Positions 60,130 to 64,000 of a DNA stretch of 64,000 nt are shown here, one piece after another. A program made the position numbers and the translations under genes. The notes below the pieces were generated by a model. The model was not told where the DNA came from, did no database searches, and saw only the letters and a program-made list of their open reading frames with translations. This stretch comes from Octopus bimaculoides (Eukaryota), in contig NC_068981.1 in the NCBI RefSeq assembly GCF_001194135.2, forward strand, positions 2,644,242-2,708,241, given 5' to 3'. Each line of letters begins with the position of its first letter. Position 1 is the first letter of the stretch.

Positions 60130-61167
60130 ATGTAAAGGCTCTTGTTGACTAATGTCTCTCTTGTTACAGAGAGTCTCTTTGTAGTGGAATATCTATTTTT
60201 TGCTATTTATTGTTCCTCCCTTTTTCTCCAATCTCTTCATTTTCACTGACCACTGTCTTTGAGTTTTTCCGACTCTGATCTATGTCTCCACATACTCTGT
60301 GGAAACTTCTTATTGGGTTTACAGCTATCCTTATAGCAAAGGATTGGTATGAGTCCTACATTTGGTTGCCTACTATTTGTATCTAACTGTTTTTTATTTG
60401 CCTAACGTTGCAAAGAAAAATGGAACTGAGGTTAATAAACAACAGGAATTATCCTGGGAAGTTGTTGACCTCTGGCTGGACCTATGATTTTTTTTTTCTT
60501 CAGACTAAAGGTGAATTTGTAGTTGTTTGCAAAGATTCTTGGTAAACATCTGAAAACCCTTAGAATGGATTGCCATTTGTAAATTATCATTCTTTGACCC
60601 TAGCCTGAAGAGACTTGGCCTTTAGGAGGTAACCAGCTAAGTTGGAAAGTATTCCATCGTTTCTAGTGTAGGTACATACTATTTCTTATGGTAATGAGGC
60701 TGTATGAGAAGTAAATAGTCAAATGCAGAATATGAATGCAGAGAAAAGGATGTAATTTTGTTCTACCTTTATTTATGACTGACAATGCACCCCAGCATTA
60801 CCCAGGTGTTATGACCTACAGCCACATTGTATTATTTGTTCCTTTCTTATGGGCAGAATCAGCACACTAGATGTATATCTCAATCTACTTGACTTCCAAC
60901 AATTAACAATTGTAATTCGAAGTTGAATGGTTAGCAGTAAGAAAGATGTCCAGATTTCTTAAAGGCAGAATTGCCTCCCTCAGCTAAAGACCTCACAATT
61001 GTGCAACCTGACCTCGTTTTTGAGGTTATTTTTGTAGTAAAAAAGAGCTGTTGTGCAAAAAGCATACTTTATTTGGTAGCTGAAAGATTACTGAATCGTT
61101 TGGCAACTCAGTTTTCAAATCCATAAGGAACGTGCGCACGCGCGCACACATGCACACACACACACGT

Positions 61168-61206
<39 letters not shown>

Positions 61207-62840
61207 TTTGTTGTGCAAAAAGTGTCAAATTTTGGCTGAAAAGATCAGTTCTATACTCTACTGGTATTTCTTTTATCAACCCAGAAGGATGAGAGACAAA
61301 GTTAATTTTGGCCACATCTGCACTTAGAACGTATAGGTACACTTAAATACTTCAAGATATTTTATCTGTAACTCCTCATATTTTGCCAGTCCATCTTAAA
61401 TATTAAAAGAAAATGTACTAACTCACACAGTTCTAAAAATAAGTGGTATCGTTTAAATAAAATGCACTAAATCCACTTAGATAAAGGACTTCAATTTTAC
61501 TATTATTTGTAAGTTGTGTCACCTGTCAATGTGTGAAACATTAGTAATGTGAAAAGGGTGGAACATTGAAGTAACAATGGAAGCAAATTTCATTTCAGGC
61601 AATGAAGCTAAATTAATGTGACTTTAGTGATTTCATATGAAATACAGCTGGACTGTTATAAAAATGTCATCATAGCAGTGATATGAGCTTTAAGTAATTC
61701 CAAATATGTGACCAACAAGAATGTTATATATTTTTGGTATGGAAATATATTTATAATTAGAGGTTACTTGACTCACCTATGAAATAATATCTCTACAAGA
61801 AATATTAATATAATCTATTTTAGGGTTCTTCTTTTTGTGTATGACTCGGTTGTATGACCTTCCTTGTCTAATGTCTGTGCCATGTGCCAGTGTCAGCTTT
61901 GGCATGGTTTCTAAATGATGGATGCTCTTAATGCCAACCATTTTCATGTCACTGGCACATGAGGTCACCAAGTAGCTTGCAAGACAGAAAGAACAAGAAA
62001 ACGAAAAGCCTCTTCAGCTAACCCTAACCCTAATGGAGAGGGAGAGGTGGCTTCATGCCAGATGTTTGGGGGTTAAAGTCTGATAGAAGGACGATGTATG
62101 TCTACATTTGGGTCTCTAGCCCATTATATTCCCGTTATATTACACTCTCCTAGTGAGAGACTGCATTGGACCTAATTCCCCTCTATCCTATCTCAACATC
62201 TGTGTAATGATGGACTGCATCAGACTGGACTGTATTTGATACACCCTTCCATTACCCTTCTGCACTGCTAGCTATCATTCCTCCTACCTCATGTCACTCA
62301 TTATTGGCACCCATCACTTTTCTTACCATTGTTTAGCTCTATTACTAACAAGCTCTCTCTTATTAGCTAACATAAAACTACCATCACTGTCTCTCTTCCA
62401 TTACTTTCTCCTCTAACTCTTTCTTGCGCTGATCACTTTCTCCTAACATACTCTCTCTTTTTATCCCTCACACTTATGTTCTGTCATCACTAGTTAATTT
62501 GTAGGTCATGTTGCCTTGAACAAATAGAAACAATATAGCGAGCAATATTTAGTCTTCCAGGGTTCCTAGACAAGATAGGATCAAGAGAACCAGTTAGTCC
62601 TGCTTCTCTAGTGCTGGCACCACAAAGAAGAACAAAACTACATTCTAAGTGTTTGGTATTATGAAGGATATCCAGTTGTGGAAACATGCTCTTTGCATTA
62701 AATATATTAACATTAACTTAACCATTAAAGTAGTATAAGAATTATAATGTAAGGTGAATGGTCAGAAAACTACTTTTAGTTCTGTTGATTAAAATCTAGA
62801 ATGTTAATTTTATGAGGATATGGCAGAGTAATTTGGAGAG

Positions 62841-63810
62841 TCATCATCATCATTTAATGTCTGTTTTCCATGCTAGCATGGGTTGGACGGTTCGACCGGG
62901 GACTGGGAGGCCAGGAGGCTGCACCAGGCTCCAGTCTGATCTGGCAGTGTTTCTACAGCTAGATGCCCTTCCTAATGTCAACCATTCCGTGAGTGTAGTG
63001 GGTGCTTTTTACATGCCACCGGCACAGGGACCAGAGGAGGCTGGCAACCACCATGATTGGTTGGTGCTTTTTATGTGCCACCAGCACGGAAGCCAGTCAA
63101 GACCACCTCATCCCATGTCTTCCTGGATCTACCTCTACCTCGGATTCCTTCAACTGTTTGGGCGTGGCACTTCTTCACACATCTCTCTTCATCCATCCGT
63201 AGTACATGACCATACCAGCGCAAACGTCTCTCTTGCATGCCACATTCGATGCTTCTTATGTCCAACATTTCTCTCAGGGTGCTTACACTCTGTTGTGTGC
63301 ACACTGATTTTACACATCCAGCAGATCATGCTAGCTTCATTTCTTTCAAGCCTACACATGTCCTCTGCAGTCACGGCCCATGTTTCACTGCTGTGTAGCA
63401 TGGCAGTTCGCACACATGCATCATACAATCTACCTTTCACTCTGAGCGAGAAGCCCTTTGTCACCAGTAGGGGTAGAAGCTTTCTAAACTTTGCCCAGGC
63501 TATTCTTATTCTAGTGGTAACACTCTCTGAGCATCCACCCCCCACTACTAGCTTGGTCACCTAGGTAGCTGAAGCTATCTTCTCGGTTAATCTTCCTTTG
63601 ATGTTGCTGCACCTCTTATGTGGCCATAGCTTACACTGGGTACATCTTATGTAGTTTCTGCCTACACCTTTTCTACACATCGAGCAGGGCCACCTACCTG
63701 AGCAGGTGTGTGATGTGTTCGCCTTCCTACTTACTAGAACTTTGCTCTTTGCTACATTGACTTGATTCTAAACCTTGCTTCCATTGGCCTTTTGATTCTA
63801 AACCTAATCC
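62841..63810 (-). mobile_element. 5'-truncated RTE-clade LINE (ORF2 C-terminus + 3'UTR + (GAT)n tail), two internal deletions
   Basis: RIRIAWAKFRKLLPLL..RLYDACVRTAMLHSSETW; frameshifted ERRLRWYGHVLRM...GRGRSRKTWDEVV. 3'UTR ends TGGAAAACAGACATTAAATGATGATGA. Cys/His motif at 63609-63686. Confidence 0.92.
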
Positions 63811-64000
63811 CATAAATAATGGGTTTTTTTTTAATTGCATGAACTAAAAGTCGGTAGGGGATGGGATAAACTACCTGTATCAACCTGCTATAAAAGCAGG
63901 TAATAATTTTACCTTGTCCTTATTTTTAGTGCAAGTTTTGAAGTGTGTAGTTTGATTTTAAGTTCTTTTCAAAGCTATAATGGAAGTGACAAAACAGCAT

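Noticed and set aside
62018-62033. Telomeric (CCCTAA)n
   Set aside because: Only about 2.5 units within a decayed repeat.

Overview
AT-rich animal genomic DNA with three assembly gaps. The SINE/RTE repeat set looks like octopus (inferred from recalled repeat sequences, not a database search). Nearly all of the window appears to be intron of one + strand gene. Its only confident coding exon (52488-52748) encodes a TPR repeat most like the N-terminal TPR of TTC28, and several frame-compatible candidate upstream exons are present. The rest is a dense repeat landscape: two tRNA-derived SINE families, RTE LINE fragments and 3'UTRs, a young L1/Tx1-type LINE fragment, CR1 relics, Tc1 and mariner relics, hAT and piggyBac-like MITEs, long foldback palindromes and microsatellites. 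Most six-frame ORFs are artefacts of microsatellites or gaps. The standout is a ~290-bp element with a tRNA-like Pol III head and a minimal Penelope-type type I hammerhead ribozyme near its 3' end. It occurs twice (22941-24539 and 45990-46523) as a head-to-head inverted dimer, each flanked by a 13-bp target-site duplication, so the palindromic dimer appears to be the inserting unit. A second, unrelated hammerhead-like direct/inverted repeat lies at 21140-21694. The Tx1-like LINE shares a 3' tail motif with one SINE variant.
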